Source: Octopus sinensis (Eukaryota). From it: a DNA stretch of 64,000 nt. A program made the position numbers and the translations under genes. Shown here piece by piece: positions 50,399 to 62,780 of this stretch (positions are counted from its first letter, which is position 1; every line of letters begins with the position of its first letter). The notes under the pieces are model-generated. The model had not been told where the DNA came from and ran no database searches. It was given only the letters and a program-made list of their open reading frames with translations. The stretch is from assembly GCF_006345805.1 (NCBI RefSeq), contig NC_043011.1, positions 31,818,464 to 31,882,463 on the forward strand. Reading direction: 5' to 3'.

Positions 50399-52514
50399 AG
50401 TTCAGTTGAGAAATAATTCAAGAGCGTTTTTTTTTTTTCAAATTTAAAAATGCACACAGAAATAACATGCATTGGTAAAATGCTTTATGTTATTTAAAAG
50501 AGAATTTTTTGAAGTACAAGATAGTATGTTTTGATTTTTTAATTTTATGATTTTTGTGTATTTTCAGATCATTAAAATGGAATGTCAAGTGGACAAAACT
50601 GAGCATTTTCAACACCATTTGCTTTTTGTATTTAATCCAAGTGTTAAGGCTGCTGAAGCTGCTCATAAGATTTGTGCTTTTTTTTTTTTTCTTTTTTCTT
50701 TAGTCGAGCAAATTGACCCCAGGACTTATTCTTTGTAAGCTTGGTACTTATTCTATCAGTTTCTTTTTACCAAACCGGTAAGTTACAGGGATGTAAACAC
50801 ACCAGCATCGGTTGTCATGCGATGTTGGAGACACAAACACAGACACACAAACATACACACACATACATATATATATATACACATACATAAACGATGGGCT
50901 TCTTTCAGTTTCCATCCACCAGATCCACTCACAAGGCTTTGGTCAGCCCGAGGCTATAGTAGAAGACACTTGTCCAAGATGCCACGCCGTGGGACTGAAC
51001 CCGGAACCATGTGGTCGGTAAGCAAGCTACTTATCACACAGCCACTCGTGCACCTATAAGAGAATAATGTCACTTAGCAGAGCATAGTGTGTGCTGTGTA
51101 TGGAGAAGGAGCAATGTCTCAAAGTACTGCCTGCCATTGGTTTGCATTCTTCAAAAATGGGAATTTTGACCGCAAGGACAGCTCACACACTGGTCAATCA
51201 ATTGAGTTCAATGAAGAGTAATTGAATCAATTTCTTCACAAAAATTCATGTCAAACAACCAGAGAATTGGTGGAGCAGATCATCATCATCATCATCATTG
51301 TTTAACGTCTGCTTTCCATGCTAGCATGGGTTGGATGATTTGACTGAGGACTGGCGAACCAGATGGCTACACCAAGCTCCAATCTTGATCTGGCAGAGTT
51401 TCTACAGCTGGATACCCTTCCTAATGCCAACCACTCCGAGAGTGTAGTGGGTGCTTGCTTTTACATGCCACTGGCACACGAGCCAGTCAGGCGGTACTGG
51501 TAAACTGTGGTGAACCACCTTCATTCAGTGGGTATGAAATTCGGTGCTTGGGCGCTACAAACTTTGAGTAAAAACAACAAAAATCAACGCTCCACAACTG
51601 ATGCCAGTTTACTTGCTCGATATCACTCAACACATGGTCACAAACAGCATTTTCTTTACTGTATTGTCTCTGGCGATGAAAACTGGTACCTTTTTGTCAA
51701 TATGAAGCAGTGAAAAGAATGGCTTAGCCCTGACACACAAGTGACTCCACAAGCAAAACAAGACCTTCATCCTCGAAAAGTCATGTTATATGTATGGTGG
51801 GACATGGGAAGGCATGATTCATTACAAACTACTTGAGCACAACCAAACACTCAATGCAGAGTTCTACATTCAACAACCTCACTGACTCAATGAAGCAATT
51901 CAGCAAACAAGACTGAATAGGCGAAATGTGGTTCATCTGCAACATCACCAATATGACCAAAGCCGTAATTCAAGAAGTGCTGCCTCATCCTCAATACTCT
52001 CCAGACTTGGTGCTGTCAAATTTTCATCTCTTTCAAATGCTTTGTGTCGTATATCATTCAATAACGACGTGGTATTGAGGGCTTGGCAGCGAGCTAGCAG
52101 AAACGTTAGCACACCGGGTAAAGTGCTTAGCGGTATTTCATCTGCCGCTACATTCTGAGTTCAAATTTCGCTGAGGTCGACTTGCCTTTCATCCTTTTGA
52201 GGTTGATCAAATAAGTATCAGTTACGCACTGGGGTCAATATAATCGACTTAATTCGTTTCTCTGTCCTTGTTTGTCCTCTCTGTGTTTAGCCCCTTGTAG
52301 GTAGTAAAGAAATTGGTATTGAGGGCTTGGTTGGATGAATTCTTTAAGTCAAGACCAGAAGATTTCTCCTGTCAAGACATTGGAAAACTTATTGAATGAT
52401 GGGACAATGCTGTAAACAACAACCAAGAGTATATTATTGATTAATTTGTTGTAGTTTTTTTTTGTTTAAAATAAATTTGAAAAAAACTCTCATGAATTAT
52501 TCCTCAACCCAACA
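50399..52514 (+). mobile_element. Full-length decayed mariner with three nested retro-insertions
   Basis: TIR GTTGAG(A/G)AATAATTCA(A/T)GAG(C/A)GTTTT at both ends; ATG 50577 MECQVDKTEHF..AAEAAHKICA|VYGEGA..WF..FKNGNFD; IVSGDENW; HPRKVMLYVWWD; HPQYSPDL. Confidence 0.9.
52087..52313 (+). mobile_element. SINE family B with 17-bp TSD inside the mariner
   Basis: TSD TGGTATTGAGGGCTTGG at 52070-52086 and 52314-52330. Confidence 0.85.
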
Positions 52515-52519
52515 TATAT

Positions 52520-53790
52520 ATCATCATCATCATCGTCTGCTTTCCATGCTGGCATGGCTTGGACGGTTTGATTGGAGGTGGGTGAGCCAGAAGGCTGCAC
52601 CAGTCTCCAGCCTAATCTGGCAAAATTTCTACAGCTGGATGCCCTTCCTAATGCCAACCACTCCGAGAGTGTAGTGGCTGCTTTTACATGTCACCAGCAT
52701 GAAGGCAGGTCAGGCGGTACTGGCATCGGCCATACTCAAATGGTGCTTTTTACATGCCACCTGCACAGGAGCCAGTCCGGCGGCACTGGCAACAACCACG
52801 CTCAGATGGTGCTTTTTTTACATGCCACAGGCACGGGAGCCAGTCAGTAGCTCTGGCATCGATCACGCTCGAATCGTGCTTCTAACATTCCACTGGCACG
52901 GGTGCTAATCAGGTGGTACTGTCATCAGCCACGATAGTGATTTCACTTGCCTCAACAGGTCTTCGCAAGCATAGTATATTGTCCAATGATTGAAGGGTAT
53001 TCTTAAATGGGCTGGTTATACAGCACTGGCATAGGCCACGGTTATGGTCTCACTTAGCTTGCCGAGTCTTCTCAAGCACAGCATATCTCCAAAGGTCTCA
53101 GTCACTTGTCATTGCCTCAGTGAGGCCCAATGTTTGAAGGTTGTGCTTCACCACCTCATCTCAAGTCTTCCTGGGTCTACCTCTTCCCCAGGTTCCCTCA
53201 ACTGCCACGCTGTGACACTTTTTCACACAGCTGTCCTCATCCATTTGCATCTCCCTTGCACACCACATCTGATGCTTCTTAAGTCCAACTTTTCTCTCAG
53301 GGCACTTACACTCTGTCGTGTATGTACACTGAGATTACACATCCAGCAGAGCATGCTGGCTTCATTCCTTGCAAGCTTACACATGTCCTCAGCAGTCACA
53401 GCCCATATTTCACTGCCATGTAGCATAGCTGTTCACACAGAGGCGTCATACAGTCTACTTTTTACTCTGAGTGAGAGGCCCTTTGTCATCAGCAGAGGTA
53501 GGAGCCCTCTGAACTTTGCCCAGGCTATCCTTACTCTAGCAGCTACACTTTCAGAGCATCCACTCCAGCTACTGACTTGGTTGCCTAGGTAACAGAAGCT
53601 ATCAACTATTTCTAGTTTTTTCCCTTGGAATGTGAGGGAAGCTGTTCTCTGCACGTTTTCAGTGTTTATTGCTCCTGACATTTGCCACACATAAAAACTA
53701 TCTTCCCAGTTAGCCTTCCCTTGATATTACTGCACCTTTTATGTGTCCATAGCTTATACTGGGTACATCTTATGGAGTTTCTACCTACTC
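52520..53790 (-). mobile_element. RTE LINE 3' 1.3 kb (ORF end, 3' UTR and GAT tail)
   Basis: LEIVDSFCYLG..ARVRIAWAKFRGLLPLL..RLYDASV*TAMLHGSEIW..NEASMLCWMC, contiguous with the GAT-tailed UTR. Confidence 0.9.
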
Positions 53791-53794
53791 CTTT

Positions 53795-53809
53795 TATATA
53801 TATATAGAT

Positions 53810-53855
<46 letters not shown>

Positions 53856-54050
53856 CATGCTAGCATGGAAAACGGACGCTAAATGATGATGATGATGATG
53901 ATGAGACAGATAATATAATATAATATAATATATATAATATATATATAATATATATATATATACAGATAATAATATTAATATATATAATATATTATAGACA
54001 TATATATACATACATATATATATATACATACAGACACATACATAATATAT

Positions 54051-54082
<32 letters not shown>

Positions 54083-54605
54083 CATACATACATATATATA
54101 CATACATACATACATATATATACATACATACATGCATACATATATATACATACATACATATATATATATATATAAAATATACATATATAGACGTATATCA
54201 CATACATATATATATATACACATACATACATACATATATATATATATATGTATACATAAATACATATATATATACATACATACAGACATACATACATACA
54301 TATATATGTATATAATATACATATATAGACATATATACACTATATATATATATATATATATACACTATATATATATATACACACACATATATACATATAT
54401 ATATATACATACACATACATACATATATATAAACATATATATACATATACACATATATGTATACATATACATACTTATATATACATATATGTGTATATAT
54501 ATATATATGTAAATACATACATACATACATATATATGTATATATATACACACACACGCACCATATACACTTCCACACACGCACATACAAATACACACACA
54601 CACGA
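53795..54605. repeat. Compound (TA)/(TACA)/(CA) microsatellite block
   Basis: Direct reading. Confidence 0.9.
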
Positions 54606-54979
54606 TTACATGTATATGCTCTGCTAAGTATGACTATCTGCTGGAAAGCACAGCTTTAGTATCAGCTCCATAAGCCGTGCTCGCCAACCATAACTAAATA
54701 TACCTTGAGTCAGATAAAACAGTAAGATCAAGTGCAACAAATTTAAAATAACAACAAAAAAAAAACGAATAAATAAAACAAACAAAAAACTCGTATGATA
54801 TATATATATATATAGTCATCAGTTATTTCATTTAGTTTAATGCCAACGATGTTCATAAGACATATCAGCTGGAAAACTCATCTTAACTTGAGTCATATAA
54901 TATGGTTCATAATTTTTAAGTTATATGAGCTGTGCATCACAGCCATGTATAAGTTGAGTTAGATAGAAGATGCACTTAC

Positions 54980-55060
54980 CAACTAAGAGATTATTGAAGG
55001 CTTCACCGACATTCGTTGCATCTAGAGCTGATGTTTCAATGAAGGAAAAATTGTGTTTTT
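54980..55060 (-). CDS. Rab11-like: Rab11-family GTPase, 81-nt exon (G5 box)
   Basis: Acceptor CCCCTCTTCTTCAG, donor GTAAGT; (E)KHNFSFIETSALDATNVGEAFNNLLV. Confidence 0.95.
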
Positions 55061-55140
55061 CTGAAGAAGAGGGGAAAAAAAAAATATTCAAAAAAATATT
55101 TCAGATTAAAAGAAGTTAGGTGACATTACAACTCATTCAG

Positions 55141-55467
55141 CTCTTTTACTCTTTTACTCTTTTATTTGTTTCAGTCATTTGACTGTGGCCATGCTGGAGC
55201 ACTGCCTTTAGTCGAGCAAATCGACCCCAGGACTTATTCTTTGTAAGCTTAGTACTTATTCTATCGACTTCTTTTGCCGAACCGCTAAGTTACGGGGACA
55301 TAAACACACCAGCATCAGTTGTCAAGCGATGTGGGGGACAAACACAGACACAAACATATACACACACACACATACATACATACATATATATATATATAAT
55401 ATATATATACATACATATATACATATATATATATATGTATATACATATATATATACACACACACACC

Positions 55468-55523
<56 letters not shown>

Positions 55524-55692
55524 TATACATATATACGACAGGCTTCTTTCAGTTTCTGTCTACCAAATCCACTCACAAGGTGGACCCAAAGCTATAGTAG
55601 AAGACACTTGCCCAAGGTGCCATGCAGTAGGACTGAACCCAGAACCATGTGGTTTGTAAGAAACCTGCTTACCACACAGCCACTCTTACGCC
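55141..55692 (-). mobile_element. SINE family A copy (intronic)
   Basis: Complete reverse copy with an expanded microsatellite. Confidence 0.85.
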
Positions 55693-55794
55693 TATACAGA
55701 AGAAGTGTATTACTAATGTAATATAATATAGATGTGTAACATAAAATATGCTACTACTACTTACTACTACTACTACTAGTAATAATGATAATAA

Positions 55795-56350
55795 TAATCC
55801 TTCCGTTATTAGCCACAAGGGCCGACAAAAATAAGATTGGACATGAAAGACAAAGTGGGGTTACATAAAGTGTCATGTAAAAAGTCGATAACAATGGAAA
55901 ATATAACAGAGAAAATGCCTAAAGGAGGTAACCAACTCGTGGAAACCCCACGAAAAATCCACAAGCACTCTGACCACTAGGGCAAGAGCCCTCTTCCCAT
56001 CTTTCTCTCTCTGTCAGCCTTGGAAACTCAAAAGGACATGCTCAGAGTAGGCCCGTTGACATGGACCATCTTTGCCACATTCACACACCTTTCAACAGGT
56101 TTGCTGGAAGTCAGCACTTCTCTCTCAACCCAAAACTTTCCTTTTAAGATGGTATCTGAAAAAGTTGATGTGGGGTAGGCCAAAGTGGAAAGTCTCTGTC
56201 TTCAGCCCTTTCACGCTAGACCACCACACAAAATCTTTCACTATGGCCATAGGTGAAAATTGCATCTCTTTGCCAGCCAAAGGAAGGCAGATGGAATCAG
56301 TGAAAAAGCAGACATGTCCTATACGTGACAGCAAGTGTTCAACATAACCT
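55795..56350 (-). mobile_element. L1/Tx1-like LINE 3' fragment
   Basis: YVEHLLSRIG..KDFVWWSSVKGLKTETF..INFFRYHLKRK, T-rich 3' UTR, (ATT)n tail. Confidence 0.65.
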
Positions 56351-56409
56351 ATATATCAGATATGCTTAGGCACTAATAATAATAATAATGATAATAATCA
56401 TAACAATAA

Positions 56410-56780
56410 GAACACTCAGAGAGCACAAACCTCCAGCAAGGTAACACCAATGTCCTCTCAACAATTAGCCAGAGATGATTTTTAAAATGAGAATATCTGA
56501 AATAAACTTGAGTGCTCTCTCAAACGAGAATACTAAAAATGAACCCGACCACTCTCAAAAATTAAGCTAAAAAAAAACCAAGAAAAATAATCCAGAATCC
56601 TTGTATGGTACTAGATTGATCCCAAAATATAATGAGTTTGTGCCAGTTACAAGGCCAAACATCTCTGAAAGTTTCAATCAAATCCATCCAGTGGTTCTTA
56701 AGATATCTTATTCACAGACAAACAAACAAACTAACATGACTGAAAACAATAGCTCCGCCTTTGCTAAGGTGGAGGTAATA
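56410..56780 (-). mobile_element. Helentron/DINE-1-like non-autonomous element
   Basis: Terminal hairpin CTCCGCCTT TGCT AAGGTGGAG, matching subterminal ACCTCC..CAAGG, short stem-loop CACTC/GAGAG at the other end, inserted in (TAA)n. Confidence 0.5.
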
Positions 56781-57337
56781 ATAACAACAACAACAGCAGC
56801 AACAACAACAACATCAAAAACATCAACAACAACAACAACAATTTCAAATTCTGTCATAAGGCCAACAAGTTGGGGCGAGCAGATGAGTCAATTGCAGTGG
56901 TCCAGTGCTCAACTGGTACTTATTTTATTGACCTTGAAAGGAAGAAAGGCAAAGTTGACCATGGCAGAATTTGAACTCAGAACATATGGATGGATGAAAT
57001 GCTACTAAACATTTTCTTTGGTATGCTTAACAATTCTGCCATATCGGTGCTTTTAATGATATTAATACATACATGCATACATACATACATACATGCATGC
57101 ATATATCATCATTAATATAATTTAACATCCATCTTCCATGCATGCATGGGTAGGATGGTTGACAGAAGCCAGCCAAGTAGAAGACTACCTCAGGATACCG
57201 TGTCTGTTTTGGCAGGGTCTTTATGGCTGAATGCCCTCCCTAACACCAACCACTTTAAGCCTTTACCATTTAAACCAGTCTGTCTCTCTCTTTCTCTCTC
57301 TCTTTCACACACACACACATATGCACACACACATATA

Positions 57338-57508
57338 GGTGCAGGAGTGACTGTGTGGTAAGTAGCTTGCTTACCAGCCACATGGTTCCGGGTTCAGTTC
57401 CACTGCGTAGCACCTTGGGCAAGTGTCTTCTACTAGAGCCTAGGGCCAACCAAAGCGGTGTGAGTGAATTTTGTAGGTGGAAACTGAAAGAAGCCCGTCA
57501 TATATATG

Positions 57509-57545
<37 letters not shown>

Positions 57546-57753
57546 GTGTATATTTGTGTGTCTGTGTTTGTCCCCCCAACATCACTTGACAACTGATGCT
57601 GGTGTGTTTACGTCCCCATAACTTAGCAGTTTGGCAAAAGAGACCGATATAATAAGTACTAGGCTTACAAAGAATAAGTCCTGGGGTCGATTTGCTCGAT
57701 TAAAGACGGTGCTCCAGCATGGCCACAGTCAAATGATTGAAACAAGTAAAAGA
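57338..57753 (+). mobile_element. SINE family A copy (intronic)
   Basis: Complete forward copy. Confidence 0.85.
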
Positions 57754-57845
57754 GTAATTTGTGCTATAACACAGATAAAAAAATTAATAAAAATAAATAA
57801 TACATAATATAATACATAAATATATAAATAGGTGTGGCTGTTTAG

Positions 57846-58014
57846 GTGCAGGGATGGCTGTGAAGTAAAAAGTTTGCTTTCCAACCACATGGTTTCAGGT
57901 TCAGTCCCACTGTGTGGTACCCTGGGCAAGTGTCTTCAACAATAGCCTCAGGCTGACCAAAGCCTTATGAGGGGGTTTGGTGGATAGAAACTGAAAGAAG
58001 TGTGTCGTGCCATG

Positions 58015-58062
<48 letters not shown>

Positions 58063-58290
58063 TGTGTGTGTGTGTGTGTGTGAGAGTGTGTGTGTGTGTG
58101 TGTGAGTGTGTGTGTATGTGTCTTTGTGCAACTGCTTGACAACTAGTGTTGTTATGCTTACGTCTGCATAATTTAGCGGTTTGGCAAAAGAGACCAGAGA
58201 AATGAATACTGGAGACGATTCGTTCGACTATAAATTCTTCAAGGCGATGCCCCAGCATGGCCACAGCCTAATGACTGAAACAAGTAAAAT
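57846..58290 (+). mobile_element. SINE family A copy (intronic, older)
   Basis: Forward copy with (TG)n centre. Confidence 0.8.
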
Positions 58291-59569
58291 ATAACAAAAT
58301 AAAATAATAGATAAAAAAAAAATGAATTAATTAAAATTAAAGTAAAATCACATGAAAATAAAGGAGTTGATGATGTCCGACAAGAATAAGAAGGGAATTC
58401 TCTGCCAATGCTTTCTGTATAGTGTTGAGGTAAAATGTAAAATATGTGTAGTAGTATTAAAGATTAACAGATACCTAGAGTGTCTGTGGTATTTCCTCAA
58501 TAACTAACGTCTGTAATTATCATTGTAAATGTTTTGCTCCACCTCTTGAAGATTTGAGATATTTTTCAGAGGCTGTCTTCCCTCCTTTATATGTATTGCT
58601 TTGCAATGAGATACAAATGTTGCTTTCTAGTAATGGAAAAGTAACCAGTGAGAAAGGATCAAAGAAAATAAAAGACATTAAGGAACTGCTGTTCCCCACA
58701 GCAGCAAACTGAGTCATTAGGGTGCTGGAATGCTAAAAACAACACAGCAACAGCAGCAACAACAACGTCAGTAACCAAATACAGTAATATGTCATATAGT
58801 ATCTGAGTCAGGGCTGGATGAGTTGACAGGATGTCAAACTTCTGATCCACAGGTCACTGATTCATATTATGTCATGAGTCAGACATGTATTTCCATTCTA
58901 CTTAACATTACAGGTTCAGTCTACTGTAACCAGAAGTGAGATCTGAGTCAGCATATTAATGATATCCAGAAAGAGTTCAAGAACCAAAAAGCAACACACT
59001 TCAACTACTGTCGAACCATCATTAATTCTTTAGCATTTAAACTGGCCACATCCGTCCCAAATATTCTACCTATTTTATGTTCAGGCCAAACAGATCCAGC
59101 CTTGTGAGTGGGTTTGGTGGACAGAAACTGAAAGAAGCCCATTGTATATCTGGTATCGTTGTGTTTATGTCCCTGTAAGTTAGCGTTTGGCTAAAGAGAC
59201 AGATAGAACAAGTACCAGGATTAAAAAAAGAAATAAGAGTTGGGGTCAATTTTTTCAAATAAAAATTCTTCAAGGTGACTCTATAATATTATTCTAAGAC
59301 TAAAACAATTACTTCATCAAAATTTTGAAGGTACAAAATAATACATGATTACTGTTGTATATTTTAGAGATGAGGCATTCCGTACATTATTTACATTGGA
59401 TGGATGTGTGTCTTCATCTTGTTTGTTGTTACCACAACATTTTGGCTGGTAGAAGGACACCACCTTGAAGAATTATTTAATTGAATGAATCAACCCCAGT
59501 ACATACTTTTCTTCTTTAAGCCTGGTATTCATTTTATCAGTCCTTTTTGCCAAACTGCTAAATTCATTA

Positions 59570-60075
59570 TCATCATCATCAACATCATTGTTTAATGTCT
59601 GCTTTCCATGCTAGCATTGGTTGGACGATTTGACTGAGGACTGGCGAACCAGATGGCTGCATCAGGCTCCAATCTGATCTGGCAGAGTTTCTACAGCTAC
59701 ATGCCCTTCCTAACGCCAACCACTCTGAGAGTGTAGTGGGCGCTCTTACGTGCCACCAGCACGAGGGCCAGTCAGGTGGTACTGGCAACAGCCACGTTCC
59801 AGTGGTGTTTTTTATGTGCCACCTACACAGGAGCCAGTCCAGCGACACTGGCAATGACCTCCCTCGAATGTTTTTCACATGCCACCGGCACAAGTGTCAG
59901 TAAGGTGATGTAGGTAACGATCACGTTTGAATGGTGCTTTTTACATGCCACCGGTATGGAAGCCAGTCAGCTGCTCTGGCAGCGATCACGCTCGGATGGT
60001 GTTCTTAGTGCTCCACTGGCATGGGTGCCAGTCATCGAATTTGTGAATTTGATTTGATTTTGATTTCACTTGTGA
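59570..60075 (-). mobile_element. RTE LINE 3' UTR fragment
   Basis: Same family as 8065-8510. Confidence 0.75.
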
Positions 60076-60257
60076 AGACATAAACACACTAATACTGGTT
60101 GTTAAGTGGTGGTGGGAGACAAACACAGACGTAAAGACAAATGTGCATGTGCACACACACACATGCAACAGGCTTCTTTCAGTTTCTATCTACCTAATCA
60201 CTTACAAGGCTAAAGTAGAAAACACTAACCCAAGGTTAGTTTTAAGTTTAGGTTTAA

Positions 60258-60695
60258 GGCGGCGAGCTGGCAGAAAAGTTAGCACGCCGGGCAAAATGCT
60301 TAGCGGTATTTCATCTGCCGTTACATCGGTATTTCATCTGCCGTTACATTCTGAGTTCAAATTCTGCCAAGGTCGACTTTGCCTTTCATCCTTTTGGGGT
60401 CAATGAATAAGTACCAGTTATGCACTGTGGTCGATATAATCATTTAATCCGTTTGTCTGTCCTTGTTTGTCCCTTCTGTGTTTAGCCCCTTGTGGGTAGT
60501 AAAGAAATAGGTATTTCAACTGCCATTACGTTCTGAGTTCAGATTCCGCCAAGGTCTACTTTGCCTTTCATCCTTTCGGGGTCGATTAAATAAGTACCAG
60601 TTACGCACTGGGGTCGATATAATTGACTTAATTCGTTTGTCGGCCCTTGTTTGTCCCCTTTGTGTATAGCCCCTTGTGGACAGTAAAGAAATAAG
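60258..60695 (+). mobile_element. SINE family B tandem dimer
   Basis: Full copy followed by a headless copy restarting at GGTATTTC (60510). Confidence 0.8.
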
Positions 60696-60893
60696 AAAAC
60701 ACTAACCCAAGGTGTCATCCAGTGGGACTGAACTCAAAACAATGAGATCGAAAAGCAAGCTTCTTATCACACAGCCACAAAATTAAAAAGGAAAAAGAGA
60801 TGTGGTTCCTATTCAAAGAAATTAAGATTTTTCATCAACTAAACCCAAAAGAACTTGGATAGAGCAACCAAATATAAAATGCCCTAAATTTAC

Positions 60894-61087
60894 CAGCTAA
60901 CAATCGGCCCTCGTCAAGTGTTACGGCTCGTAGATGATGCAAGTCAGTCTTGTTCCCAACCACCATTAAACACACATCTTGGTCAGCATGTTCATGTAAC
61001 TCTCCAAGCCATTTTTCCAAGTTGCTAAATGATGCTGGTTTTGTGATATCATACACCACAAGTGCTCCAACAGCTCCACGATAGTAT
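60894..61087 (-). CDS. Rab11-like: Rab11-family GTPase, 194-nt exon (G4 box)
   Basis: Acceptor TTTTCTTTGTTTCAG, donor GTAAAT; [64 protein letters not shown]. Confidence 0.95.
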
Positions 61088-61261
61088 CTGAAACAAAGAA
61101 AAGATATATTTATACATATATATATATAAATTCAGGTAAAATTTAGATTCAGATGAATATGGTATTTAAGTTAAAGGTACCAGAATTTTGTATGATATTA
61201 TCCATATAAATCAAATGGGGGTGATTATAATCAAAATAAGCAACAAGTATATCCAAGGTAG

Positions 61262-61349
61262 AGTAGTAGAATTGTTTCATGCTACTTCATTTTATTAAAT
61301 ACTGTAAGTATTACATTAGTTTTAAAATGTCGATCAATCATCAGCCACT
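61262..61349 (-). ncRNA. Degenerate type I hammerhead motif (intronic, sense to Rab)
   Basis: AGUGG-CUGAUGA-..-GAAA-C AAUU C-UA-CUACU; stem I pairs, stem III closing G mutated. Confidence 0.45.
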
Positions 61350-61616
61350 TCTAGAATTTTCCAATTAAATGAACAATGCACATTCTTATCCCTATTTCAT
61401 TTGCCAACATTATAAAAAGGGTAGATATATAGACAGAGAGGTTGATTTCATTCTTAAGAACATGATAGTAGTATGATCACTCTCCGTCTGTAGATTTTAT
61501 CATTGGTATATATATATATAATATATATATATATATATGCCAGAGTAAGCACATAAATGTGTGCAAGGTGGAAAAAAGAGGACTCAAATACCAAAGGTAG
61601 AGTAACATGCTTTATT

Positions 61617-61679
61617 TAAAAGCAGCAGAAATATAACAAAAGCTGTTATAACAGTTTTTGTTATATTTCTGCTGCTTTT

Positions 61680-61680
<1 letters not shown>
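61617..61680. repeat. 64-bp near-perfect palindrome
   Basis: 32-bp arms TAAAAGCAGCAGAAATATAACAAAA(G/A)CTGTTA, no spacer, one mismatch. Confidence 0.9.
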
Positions 61681-61722
<42 letters not shown>

Positions 61723-61952
61723 GATTCAGTTGAATTAGGTACTTAATTGAGGCACCAAACCAGTTCAGTATAGTCCAGGCAGCTCAAAGTTAGGTGTACA
61801 AAATGCAAGTAAGTAACAAGGATATCCAGGTATCAATGCATTACGACTGTTTCAAGTTAATGCCCCCCACACCAAAAAAAAAATGAAGACAAAACAACAA
61901 GAGAAAAACAACACAAGGACATGGTACATGCAAAGAGAACAAAAGAAAGGTA

Positions 61953-61987
61953 GTTTTACGTTTAGAGCAAAGCTCTTCTTCAGAAAC
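61953..61987 (-). ncRNA. Minimal hammerhead-like motif with G12U change
   Basis: GUUU-CUGAAGA-A-GAGC UUU GCUC-UAAA-CG-UA-AAAC. Confidence 0.45.
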
Positions 61988-62359
61988 AGGAGACATAGGA
62001 AAGTCCAAGAGAAAACGAAGATGGATGAAAAAATTGCCAACGGTCCACATGTGGTTATATTTAAGTTGAAGTGAGCATTTCAATAATTCTGAAATTAAAA
62101 TTCTTATTGCAAGAAAAATCTAATTAAACCCATCTATCCACCTGCTATTACTAGGAAGGTTATGGAGGTAGAGTCTTCGGGCGCACCATCCTCCACAGGG
62201 TCCAATTAGAAGTAAATGCCATTAGACTTTCTGGCTGGATTCCCCAGCGTGACCAACTGAGGCTTTGAATATTATCCAACCATCTCATTCTTGGTCCATC
62301 TGTAGGTCTAATGCCAGTAGGCTTGGTTTGAGGGACCCACCGCCACCACCGCCGTCGTC

Positions 62360-62780
62360 GTCATTTAGCATCTGCTTTCCATGCTGGCATGGGTTAGACG
62401 GTTTGACTAGAACTGGTGAGCTGGAGGGCTGCACCAGGTTCTGATCTGATTTGGCTTGGTTTCTATGGCTGGATGCCCTTCTTAATGCCAACCACTCCAA
62501 GAGTGAGATGGGTGCTTTTTACATGCCAGTTACATGACACTAGCATTGGCCATGATTATGATTTCACTTGGCTTCATGGGGCTTCTCAAGCATGGCATAT
62601 TGCCAAAGGCCTGATATTCAAAGGGTGCTTTTCACATGTCACTGGTACAGGTGCCAGTTATGTGACACTGGCATCAGCCATGACTACAATTTCACTTGGC
62701 TTGACAGGTCTTCTCAAGCACAGCATATTGCCAAAGGTTTTGGTCACTTTTTATTGCCTCCATGAGGCCCAATGTCAAGT
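62360..62780 (-). mobile_element. RTE LINE 3' UTR fragment
   Basis: Same family as 52520-53130. Confidence 0.7.

Noticed and set aside
53044-53592. 182-aa plus-strand ORF
   Set aside because: Antisense shadow of the RTE ORF.
57338-57415. tRNA genes in SINE heads
   Set aside because: A/B-box-like heads continue into SINE bodies; no convincing cloverleaf.
60835-61059. Stand-alone 74-aa ORF (also the 99-aa ORF at 63501-63800)
   Set aside because: These are Rab exons read into flanking introns; true limits are set by the splice sites.
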